The notes under the pieces were generated by a model that did no database searches, was not told the origin of the DNA, and saw nothing but the letters and a program-made list of their open reading frames with translations. The position numbers and the translations under genes are program-made. From assembly GCF_964355755.1 (NCBI RefSeq), contig NC_092673.1:17171648-17235647 (forward strand): a stretch of DNA of 64,000 nt, in the 5' to 3' direction. Positions 27,580 to 37,345 of the stretch are shown here, one piece after another; position 1 is the stretch's first letter, and each line of letters begins with the position of its first letter. This DNA comes from Antedon mediterranea (taxonomy: Eukaryota > Animalia > Echinodermata).

Positions 27580-30500
27580 TTAAGTTAATGGTTTTCGTGA
27601 CAATCCGTCAGCATTACCATTAGAAATACCCCTTCTATGTACAACAGTAAAGCAATAAGGTTGTAAATCAAGACTCCATCTAGTTAGTCTTTTGTTTGTC
27701 TCTTTCATTTCAACCAACCATTTGAGTGGTTGGTGGTCAGTAACTATCTTAAATTTTCTGCCTAGTAGATAATATCGCAGACTTTCGACAGCCCATTTTA
27801 TAGCTAAACACTCTTTCTCTATAGTTGCATAATTCTGTTCCCTTGGGAACATCTTACGACTAAGATACAATACTGGATGGTCAGTACCATCAGGGCCTAG
27901 TTGACTAAGTACTGCACCTAACCCTCGATCTGACGCATCTGTTTGCAGTATAAACTCTGCATTAAAATCTGGGTTTCGTAACACAGGGTCGGAACATAAC
28001 GCCTGTTTTAACTTTACAAGTGCATCTTCGCACTCAGGCGTCCATTTGATTTTATCTGGATGTTTTTTTCCCGTCAGATCAGTTAGAGGTGCTGCAATGT
28101 CAGCATAATTAGGAATAAACTTTCGGTAGTATCCTGTCAGGCCAAGAAAAGATTTAACATCCTTCTTAGTTTTAGGTTGTTCCCAACCTACTACCGCTTC
28201 TACCTTAGTCTTTTGAGGACGTATCATTCCCTCTCCAACTACATACCCTAAATAATGCACTTTACTATGTGCGAAACTACATTTTGCAGGTTTGACTGTC
28301 AGATTAGCTTGCTTGAGGGTCCGAAAAATGTCCCTAAGATGATGGATATGACTTTCCCAGTCTGGACTAAATATTACCAGATCATCCATATAAGCTGCTG
28401 CATAAGATTCTTTCTTGCGCAAAAGTTGATCCATCATTCTTTGAAACGTTGCAGGAGCCCCATGCAAGCCAAATGGTAAATACTTAAATTGGTACAAACC
28501 CATTGGTGTTGAAAAAGCAGTATATGGTTTTGACCGTTCAGTTAATGGAACCTGCCAGTAACCTTTACATAAATCTAACTTTGTTATAAATTTAGCAGGA
28601 CCAACCCTGCCTATTATTTCATCTATTCGAGGCATTGGATATGCATCAAACTTGCTCAAGCTATTCACTTTTTTGTAATTTACGCAAAAGCGAGCTGTAC
28701 CGTCTGGCTTTGGTACCATGATATAAGGAGAGGACCAGGGACTGTGAGACTCTTCTATTACCCCAAGTTCCAACATAGATTCTATCTCTTTCTTTACTTT
28801 GCTTAACTTAGCCTGAGGAATTGGATAAGCTCTTAATCTAACTGGGTGTACCCCTAGGTTCATTTCAATATCATGCTTTATTACAGTAGTTTTTCCTGGC
28901 TTATCCTGTAACACTGAGTCAAATTCAGAAAACACCTCCGCTAAATCTGAAAGCTGAGATTCATCTAATCCTTTACCAGAATCTAAGGTTAAATTGGAAC
29001 TAGAAATATTTGACCACGAAATGTCCTTATCTTGACCCTCGTCTTGTCCCGTTACATCATTTATAGCCAGCATAAGCTCAATAGTTCTACGATGAAATTG
29101 TTTTAAAAGATTTATGTGGTAGACTTTTGACTTTTTCCGTTTATCATTAGTTTCCACCTCATAGTTTACTGGACCTAGTTTCCTTAAAACCTTGTAAGGA
29201 CCTTGCCATTTTGCCTCTAATGCATCGTTACTAGATGGTAAGAGTAATAGGACTTCATCACCTGGACTAAATTCTCTACAAACAGATTTCTGATCATATT
29301 TTTGTTTTTGCTTTGTTTGGGATAGTTCAATGTTTTCCTGGACTAGATCTTTCATTGAAGTTAACCTATCTCTCATTTTAACAACGTGTGAAACCACACT
29401 TTGAGGACCTGTCACCGTGCCTGTCCACATTTCTTTCATTATATCAAGTGGACCTCGTACCTTCCAACCATACAATAATTCAAATGGAGAGAACCCAGTT
29501 GACTCCTGCGGTACCTCCCTATAAGCAAATAATAGGTACGGAAGCAATTTATCCCATTCTCGGGGATCATCCTGAACAAATTTTCTAATCATAGTCTTGA
29601 GGGTGCCATTAAATCTTTCCACTAATCCATCGGTTTGTGGATGGTAGGGAGAAGTAGTCAAGCCCTTAATTGAAAGTAACTTATAAATTTGACTCAACAA
29701 CTTAGAGGTAAAGTTAGAGCCTTGATCGGTTAAAATTTCTGTTGGTACCCCTACCCTGGAAAATAATTTAATCAACTCATCTGCTATCTTTGGAGCTTCA
29801 ATACTTCTCAGTGGGATAGCCTCAGGATATCGAGTTGCATAATCACATATAACCAAGACATATTTATTTCCTGTCTTACTCCGTGCTAGTGGACCAACAA
29901 TGTCCATAGCGATTCGGCGGAATGGTTCACTGATTATTGGCATAGGAATCATCGGGGCCTTCAATTTAGTTTTATACTTTGAAGTTTTCTGACAACTCTC
30001 ACAAGTGTTGCAATATTCAGTCACATCCTTTCTAATACCAGGCCAAAAGAATCTCTGCTTTATCCTATCTAATGTCTTTTTCCTACCTAAATGACCTGCC
30101 AAAGGAATATCATGTGAGACTTTCAATACACTATTACGGCAAGGGTATGGAACTACTAATTGCTCTATTGGTTCTGTCTGGTGTTTAGTGAAAACCTGCC
30201 TAAATAAAATTCCATCCTTACAGACTATCTTTATAGTGTCATCATCTTTCTGTACTAACATCTGTTCTCGAAGTGAAATTAAAGTTCTATCCTTAACCTG
30301 ATAATCCTTAATTTTATCTCTGCCAATATCTAAAATGTCTAATTCACTATCTTGGCTACATTGAGCTTCCTTTGTTTTTGCAAACTCTTTCCTAACTTTT
30401 CGTTTCTCACTTCTGGTTTTATGAACTTTTTCCTTGGGAGGGTTGTTACTGAGTATTTGGCCATCTAAATGTCCAAATTCTTCTTGAAAATTAACCACAT

Positions 30501-32067
30501 CATCTAACTGACGTGAAATAACTCCAGAAGCTTTTTCCGACTTTAATTCGTTTTCCTCTCTTAGTTTTTCTTTTCTAGCATGATCTCTAGTGGCAACAAA
30601 ACTATGCCTATCATGATTCTTATTCCCCTTCCCTAATAAGTCTCCAAATTTAGGAAAGTCCCTACCAAGAATTACATCTCTTGGTAAATCGCTGCAAACG
30701 CCAACCAACAAATTATGGTCTTCGTTATTAACCTTAATATTGACAAATGCAGTGGGATAGGCTTGGACATGGTCATGGACGCACCTGCATGTAATTTTAG
30801 CTTGCTCCGCGCGATTAATTTTCTTAGCCGCTACTAAATCAGAATGAACAAGTGTCATATCACATCCAGAGTCTATCAAAATTTCACAATCACATCCTTC
30901 AACTAGGCCTCTACAAACGTAAGGTGTACATGGTTTTGAAACAGTATCTGTCTTTGTCGACAAAAAGCCATCCTTACTGCGACAAAATCGTTCAATATGG
31001 CCTACTTTTTTGCACCGTCTACAAACGAGAGGTTGTCTAGCGTCAGATTGTGATTTATGAAAGTTATCAGGGGGATTATTATTACCCTTACTGTCAACTT
31101 CAGGAGTGCCTTTCACTGTTTTCTCCTGGTTGTTTCTATTTTCGTGTTTTCTATTTTGAAACTTTTTCTCAAAATCGATACCTTTTCTAGCTTGAAAATA
31201 ATTATCTGCTAATTCTGCAGCATTTAATCCAGAATCTGGTTTATGTTCTTTAACCCAAATTTGTACCCCTGTGGGCATAATATCTATTAATTGCTCTAAA
31301 ATAACAATTTCAGCTAAATCATCTTTGCTTTTATCAGCAGGCCTAGCCCACTTAGTAAATAAGTCTTTCAACCTAACATACATTTCTCTATAACTTTCTT
31401 CACTTTTCTTTTTAATTGACCTAAACCTTTGTCTATATGTCTCTTCAGTTATGTCATACCTTTGTAATATTGCTTTCTTCACTATGTCGTACTGGTTACT
31501 TTCTGTCACTGGTAGTGATGCATAGGCTGCTCTTGCTTTGCCTGTCAAATGTGGTATCAGTTTTACTACCCAGTGTTCTTTTCGCCACTCATAGGTGTTA
31601 GCAATTCGTTCAAACGTAGTGAGATAATTTTCAATATCATCACTATCAGAAAGTTTTGCAATCTGAACTTCCTTCAATCTCATTATGTCTTTTAATCGTT
31701 TCTCCTCACTGTCCTTTTGCTTATCCATTAACGCCATTACTAATGCTTGCTGTTTCTCCATATCTTCCCTACGTAAACGTTCTTGTCTGTCCATCATCTG
31801 CTGCATCATAAGATTCTGCTGTTGCATTTGTTGCTGCATTTGCTGTTGCATTTGCTGTTGCATTTGCTGTTGCATTTGCTGCTGCATCAACAACAAAAAA
31901 TCTTTTGAAAATGAGTCAGCCCCTGTAGGGTTATGTCCACTGGTTGGTCCAGACTCTTCTGCCTGTTGTTCAGGTTGTACTGATTGAACTGATTCTACAT
32001 CTGAATCAGTTTCATCGCCGCCGCTGTATTCTCTACCGGATCTTGTTGTTGATTGTTTATCAGCCAT
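27580..32067 (-). CDS. Gag-Pol polyprotein, 1495 aa, domain order Gag-PR-INT-RT-RNaseH
   Basis: SCAN-like capsid region (EETYRQRFRS...ILEQL...WVKEHKP), zinc knuckle CRRCKKVGHIERFC, protease LIDSGC, integrase HHCC (HDIPLAGHLG...CESC) plus DDE core, RT YMDD, RNase H LQTDAS...IEKECLAIKW. Integrase upstream of RT is diagnostic of the Gmr1 clade. Confidence 0.97.
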   Translation of the reverse strand: MADKQSTTRSGREYSGGDETDSDVESVQSVQPEQQAEESGPTSGHNPTGADSFSKDFLLLMQQQMQQQMQQQMQQQMQQQMQQQNLMMQQMMDRQERLRREDMEKQQALVMALMDKQKDSEEKRLKDIMRLKEVQIAKLSDSDDIENYLTTFERIANTYEWRKEHWVVKLIPHLTGKARAAYASLPVTESNQYDIVKKAILQRYDITEETYRQRFRSIKKKSEESYREMYVRLKDLFTKWARPADKSKDDLAEIVILEQLIDIMPTGVQIWVKEHKPDSGLNAAELADNYFQARKGIDFEKKFQNRKHENRNNQEKTVKGTPEVDSKGNNNPPDNFHKSQSDARQPLVCRRCKKVGHIERFCRSKDGFLSTKTDTVSKPCTPYVCRGLVEGCDCEILIDSGCDMTLVHSDLVAAKKINRAEQAKITCRCVHDHVQAYPTAFVNIKVNNEDHNLLVGVCSDLPRDVILGRDFPKFGDLLGKGNKNHDRHSFVATRDHARKEKLREENELKSEKASGVISRQLDDVVNFQEEFGHLDGQILSNNPPKEKVHKTRSEKRKVRKEFAKTKEAQCSQDSELDILDIGRDKIKDYQVKDRTLISLREQMLVQKDDDTIKIVCKDGILFRQVFTKHQTEPIEQLVVPYPCRNSVLKVSHDIPLAGHLGRKKTLDRIKQRFFWPGIRKDVTEYCNTCESCQKTSKYKTKLKAPMIPMPIISEPFRRIAMDIVGPLARSKTGNKYVLVICDYATRYPEAIPLRSIEAPKIADELIKLFSRVGVPTEILTDQGSNFTSKLLSQIYKLLSIKGLTTSPYHPQTDGLVERFNGTLKTMIRKFVQDDPREWDKLLPYLLFAYREVPQESTGFSPFELLYGWKVRGPLDIMKEMWTGTVTGPQSVVSHVVKMRDRLTSMKDLVQENIELSQTKQKQKYDQKSVCREFSPGDEVLLLLPSSNDALEAKWQGPYKVLRKLGPVNYEVETNDKRKKSKVYHINLLKQFHRRTIELMLAINDVTGQDEGQDKDISWSNISSSNLTLDSGKGLDESQLSDLAEVFSEFDSVLQDKPGKTTVIKHDIEMNLGVHPVRLRAYPIPQAKLSKVKKEIESMLELGVIEESHSPWSSPYIMVPKPDGTARFCVNYKKVNSLSKFDAYPMPRIDEIIGRVGPAKFITKLDLCKGYWQVPLTERSKPYTAFSTPMGLYQFKYLPFGLHGAPATFQRMMDQLLRKKESYAAAYMDDLVIFSPDWESHIHHLRDIFRTLKQANLTVKPAKCSFAHSKVHYLGYVVGEGMIRPQKTKVEAVVGWEQPKTKKDVKSFLGLTGYYRKFIPNYADIAAPLTDLTGKKHPDKIKWTPECEDALVKLKQALCSDPVLRNPDFNAEFILQTDASDRGLGAVLSQLGPDGTDHPVLYLSRKMFPREQNYATIEKECLAIKWAVESLRYYLLGRKFKIVTDHQPLKWLVEMKETNKRLTRWSLDLQPYCFTVVHRRGISNGNADGLSRKPLT

Positions 32068-32430
32068 ATTTTAAATCTGGATGAGGGTCTTGTTACTAGT
32101 TAATCGTAGTTACCGAGACGTTCACAAGTCTACTGTTCCAAATAAATAATGTACTGTTCTTAAAACAATGTTTGTGTACTTACGATTAAACAAAACGTAG
32201 CACCACGGCTTCCGTAAAATATCTCAGTATCGTAAGTACCGCTTCCTCAAAATATCAATAAAAGTACAGTTGATCCTAAACAGCCACCAATCTATGGCAA
32301 AATACAGTAGATCAAACTGCTACCACAAAATATCACAACAGTACTGTAGATAAATACACAGTTAAGTCGAACAGTAGATCGAAATAACCGCTGCCACCAA
32401 ATTAGGCTGAACACCGCTGCCACCAAATTA

Positions 32431-32877
32431 TGTCACGAACTCCTCTTACGTATGTTTCCGAGCGGTTGAAAATACTTTAGGAACTCCCTTGTGACATAAA
32501 AGTATACACACAAAATCCACAAAGTTGTAAAATAACTCAAAAACAAAGCTTTAATTTCAATCAACTTCAACTTTTAACAATCCAGTAAGCACTTTAAACA
32601 ACAGCTTCACAATGACTTTACAATATAACATCAAACCTCTAATCCAACAACCTTACAATAGTTTACATCCCTTTATATACAAGATGCTCCTATCCTTCTA
32701 GATCATTCTTTATACTTCTCATTATTACATGATTACAGTTTCTATTAATAGCACTTCTGGAATGTTCTTGATTGTTCTTATAATTATACATGGTTTCTTA
32801 AATCAAAACATCTTATTCTAGAATGTTCATGTAAATACTATGTTACTCTATATGTTAGGGAATGGTAATTTATTACA
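32431..32877 (-). repeat. 5' LTR of the Gmr1-like element
   Basis: Direct repeat of 26906-27352, adjacent to the PBS. Confidence 0.95.
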
Positions 32878-34287
32878 AGAAACAATAAAAGAAAAAAAAT
32901 AATAATATAAAGATTTCATACAATAACAATAGGTGATCATTTTATTCTAAATGATCACCTAATAAGTCCTATTGCAATTGTGTATTTAACAATAATTTAA
33001 ACAAAACAAAGACACAAAGTGGAATGTAAATTGAACTTTATTAAAAAACAATTCATATGCTAAAAAACAGGGAGTTGTTAACAACTCCCTGCTAAAAACA
33101 ATAGACAGTAAGACATAGCGCTTCACCGCAAAGCAATTGTCGCCTCGTGGGTTAACAATGAACTGACCTGTCAATCACAGTGTAGCGCTCCATGGCAACA
33201 TTATTTGATTGTACAGTACCGCGAAACGTCGCGCACTTCATGCATGGTCCGGTCAGGGTATGGTTAAAAGCTTTTGTACATTGTGAATGTATTGAATCCG
33301 AGTCAGCGACGACGATGTTACGTTGTTTTTGTTAATATTTGGAGTTTTTTAACTGTCAGTCCGGTTTTCAGACGCTAATTTTCTTGTTTTGTACTTCATA
33401 ATTTGTCCGGATTCCCGAATTGGGTGTTCCGGTTTTCATAATAAATTACAGTACATTTAGAATAGGGACAAATTGGGCCCTCCAAAAAAGTCCGGTTTTC
33501 CGTGAATTCAGGTTTTGGGAGAGTCCGGTATTGGGAGAGTTGACTGTACTACCTATCAATTAAACGAAAAACGATCAGGCCCAGTGTGTTATAATTTACA
33601 TTGAAATTTCCGTTTTATTTCGTCTATATTAAGTATTATGTAGGCCTAACCGTACTATATCCTGCCATTGTAATAAATGAACTACTATATTAGCACTTTT
33701 TGCGTTCCATACTTTTTAAAGGCCGAGTTGACGGATTAGTTTTTGGCCGAGTTGACGTGAGGCCGAGTTGACTTGAGGCCGACTTGACTTGAGGCCGACT
33801 TGACTTGAGGCCGACTTGACTTGAGGCCGACTTGACTTGAGGCCGACTTGACTTGAGGCCGACTTGACTTGGGGCCGACTTGACTTGGGGCCGACTTGAC
33901 GTGGGGCCGACTTGACTTTGGCCGAGACGGTTTAGGGCCGAGTTGACCTGCACCCGTACTGACAAGTATCTGTCATCTATTATCAGATATCAATTGTGTG
34001 GTAAAATTGTCAACTAGATGTTGTCTTATGATTAACTCATCCTTTGGAAGGAACATAAAGTTGTGAACAACCTAAATACACATTTTAATTTATATGTCAA
34101 GTAGGATAATTGTAGGTGCTGTATTATAGCTACTGTAAATCTGAATTTAGTTTCCAGTTACAGCATCAAAAATACTTAAATTAAATACTTAATTTATTGT
34201 GCCTTAAAAGTTTAATTTGTTTATTAAAAGAATATTAGTATTTCTAATCTAGAGTATACTACAAAGGATTGTGTTGTTGTTTTGTGT

Positions 34288-34601
34288 GTTAGATTGTACA
34301 CATAAGGCATGTGTATTGTTAGATTGTACACATAAGGCATGTGCATTGTTAGATTGTGCACATAAGGCATGTGTATTGTTAGATTGTACACATAAGGCAT
34401 GTGCATTGTTAGATTGTACACATACAGTAAGGCATGTGTATTGTTAGATTGTACACATAAGGCATGTGCATTGTTAGATTGTACACATACAGTAAGGCAT
34501 GTGTATTGTTAGATTGTACACATAAGGCATGTGCATTGTTAGATTGTACACATAAGGCATGTGCATTGTTAGATTGTACACATAAGGCATGTGCATTGTT
34601 A
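34288..34601. repeat. 30-bp minisatellite, ~10 copies
   Basis: Unit gttagattgtacacataaggcatgtgcatt. The paralog has about 2 copies at 47968-48031. Confidence 0.9.
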
Positions 34602-34661
34602 CCTCACAAAATAAAACTGATAGGAAATTTAATTTCATTATGCAATTATTTTATCTTAATT

Positions 34662-35435
34662 CAGGGGAAGATTTAGGGGGGGGCTGGCCCCGGCCCCCTT
34701 TTGTAATATATATATATAGATATATATATTATGCACCCATTTACATGCGATTTTACAGGAAAAGAGGGTACAAATCAACATTAAAAATTGTTAAAATCTT
34801 CGATTTTTTTAAAGTTGAACCGAGTTTAACTTCAACGTTACGATCGGTAAAACTGACTGACCAATCAAATAGTTAATAAATTACGTCATCATAGTTTGTG
34901 AAAAAATACGTACGCGTTGACAATTCTTGATTTTTTACAACGCGACGATGTTTGTTGTACTCTTTTAAAGTCTGATATTTCAAGATAACAAGTGTAAGTA
35001 AAACTAAATTTTAATATACAAACAATTTAATTTAATGTTTGTCTTTAGTGTAAAGCCTAGATTAAGATATCAGCGAAAACATGTCCTAGACTGGCCTTGG
35101 CGTTGCAAAACTTTACGTCCATGTGTCCCAGCAACGTCGAAAGAACCAAGAAACCATTAACGATCACGTAAAAAATGTGTAAAAATTTGCGACGGGAAAA
35201 CAGGCTTTAGGCTATTGGTGCAACAAAAAAAACAGTTCCGTATATTAAATATGGTCTACAAAACTCACTATATTCAGATAATTATATGACAAGAATCGAC
35301 TGGCCAAAAGCCTCAGATGCTATCTCGGGGCGTCTAGAAAAAAATTGTTTCCGGGGGAACATGCCCCCCGACCCCCCTAGACGATTATTTTCCCATATCG
35401 GCCCCCTCTTTATCAAAATCCTAGATCCGCCCCTG
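34662..35435. mobile_element. hAT-like MITE (CAGGGG termini, apparent 5-bp TSD TAATT)
   Basis: CAGGGGAAGATTTAGG...CCTAGATCCGCCCCTG. An internally deleted paralog lies at 48092-48405. Confidence 0.7.
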
Positions 35436-37114
35436 TAATTAGTCAGTAAAACATATTTTCGTGGCTTAGACTTAGAGCACTCTTTATACTAATGGAGATT
35501 TGGATGTATAAGTTTCATCCGATTAACAAATGGTAACATGCATTGACAGTTGACAAACATTTTGTGGTTTTAATAAATAAAATAATTAATTATATAATAT
35601 AGGGTAAATTACACAGAAAAAAGTAATGTGATGTGCGTTTGCCTAGCCTTTGTTTAAGGTGCACTTTCACCTTGGCTGGAAAACCCCAGGGCAATTTACA
35701 GTCATTTTTGTCTTTTCACGTTTAGACATGCAAGTGATTATTAATTTCCAATAGACCATATCATAAAAACCTATCAAAAACTGTGTTTGTGAGTTGGTTC
35801 TCTGTTGATATAAAATCTTTTATTTTCCATTGAATAGGTTGACATGCAAGACTGATTAGGAAGTCATATGACATACAGAACGCAGCAAAGAGGGTGTTGG
35901 CATTTTGCATAACAATAAACACCTTGTAGGCTGGTAGCGTCCATTGATGTACAGTAGGGCTGTACAATCCCATTGCTGGACCAGTGGATGGAGAATTCTT
36001 TTCCAGACAAATGATGTAATTTTATGGTTAACATTATTTATGAATTCATTAGTGTGATGTGAGTTATATATTTTTTTAATTTCATTATAGTAATTTGACT
36101 TTTAAGCTAGTAGTAGAGCTCATTATATAAAGGTTTAAACAGTCTGGTTTAAAGCTAGTCCGTAATAATACAACACAATGGTTCATACAACAAACAGTAA
36201 CCAAAACATATTTTGGTTTATAATCCAACAGATATGTTGTGTGAGAATAAATGCTGTTTTAAATGTCTTATTAATTCTTTTTAATTGTGGTTTGCTGTCT
36301 TTAAATTAGCTTTTGATTGCCATGTTGATACTGAGACTATCTTACCTACTGTAACAAACAATATTATTTATGTAATTATTAGAATCAGGGACATTTCGGA
36401 TCAGTCATGGAGGAAACAATTAAATAGTTTTTTCCTCCATAGACCAAGATCCCACAATTAGGATATAAATGGTTGGTAGTTTGCAATAGTTATACAATTT
36501 TAAAAGAATGATTTTTTAAACTGAATAATCAACTATTTTACTATATGGTTTACAATTTTTAAAAAAATTTTGATTTTTTCTTTGTGAAAAAAATTGGTCA
36601 TACTTAAAATTGCAGTGTAAGGCAATAATTGTCCTTTTTAAGTGCTTATAACATCATGTAATTGTGCGTTATTTTTTTATGCTTACTATGGAATGACATA
36701 TAATGCCTGCGTGTTAATAATTAGTTATCCGCTTAGTAGCGGATAACTCCTTGTGATTGTATTGGATCAATTTTTTTTTCTGTATACGTTCTTCTTTCTT
36801 TCTCGCTATTTTTGTGCATCGCGTTTCTCTAAAATGTGTAAGCATAACATTTCATAACTGTGACAACATGTGGACATTTACCTGAAGTTGTGCACCTCCT
36901 ATTTTTGAATGACGTCATAGTTGCGCAACGTGACTTGCGCGCAATAAAACTGACTGACCAATCAAATAGTTCATAAATTACGTCATCATAGTTTGTGAAA
37001 AAATACGTACGCGTTGACAATTCTTGATTTTTTACAACGCGACGATGTTTGTTGTACTCTTTTAAAGTCTGATATTTCAAAATAACAAGTGTAAGTAAAA
37101 CTAAATTTTAATAT

Positions 37115-37345
37115 TGGTTCTGGACAAAGTTTGAGGGTGAGCTGAAAACATCAAAACAGTATTCTGAACCAGAGATAGATGCCATGACAATAAAGTGTAC
37201 AAATCTACAAAAGGAACTACAACTATCTGCCGAGCAAGCCACAGTACAAACACGACGTATGACCTTTGATTCAGCTAAGGTCGATGACCTTAAATTACTA
37301 GCATCCAATTTTGGTAGATTGATGAATGTTGATGTAGATATTTAA
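37115..37345 (+). pseudogene. Orphan coding 3' end of an unrelated gene, followed by 3'-UTR-like sequence
   Basis: Stop-free for 76 codons: WFWTKFEGELKTSKQYSEPEIDAMTIKCTNLQKELQLSAEQATVQTRRMTFDSAKVDDLKLLASNFGRLMNVDVDI*. It begins exactly at a repeat junction. An AT-rich tract with AATAAA near 38590 follows. Confidence 0.45.

Larger units (their letters stand above)
26906..32877 (-). mobile_element. Full-length Gmr1-like Ty3/gypsy LTR retrotransposon
   Basis: 447-bp LTRs at 26906-27352 and 32431-32877 (TG...CA, no difference seen by eye). 5-bp TSD AGAAA. PPT at 27353-27367. tRNA-Leu-type PBS at 32412-32425. One intact ORF. Confidence 0.97.
21868..32963 (+). mobile_element. Non-autonomous Helentron/DINE-1-like element, interrupted by an Academ-like element and a gypsy element
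   Basis: 5' hairpin aattcgtcactttgacgaatt, then ATAGGTGATCATTT (21898). 3' hairpin ataggtgatcatttt-attct-aaatgatcacctaat (32929-32963). Related to the element at 49661-56347 (shared cagtgtag.ataggtgaaattacgggac). Confidence 0.65.
20459..33546. mobile_element. Tc1/mariner-pogo type MITE inserted in the right arm of the foldback element
   Basis: TIR CAGTCAACTCTCCCAATACCGGAC...GTCCGGTATTGGGAGAGTTGACTG with TA TSD. Rejoining the flanks restores the reverse complement of the left foldback arm (18886-18913). Confidence 0.85.
18552..33955. mobile_element. Foldback/Mutator-like element with ~16-bp tandem subrepeats in long TIRs; outer shell of the nest
   Basis: Arms CAACTCGGCCCTAAACCGTCTCGGCC at 18561 and its reverse complement at ~33920-33946. 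8-bp TSD GTACTGAC (18544-18551, 33956-33963). A single GTACTGAC marks the empty site at 47633-47640. Confidence 0.85.

Noticed and set aside
31685-31987. Cys-rich CCCI-repeat ORF
   Set aside because: It is the antisense of the QQQM tract in the gypsy gag.
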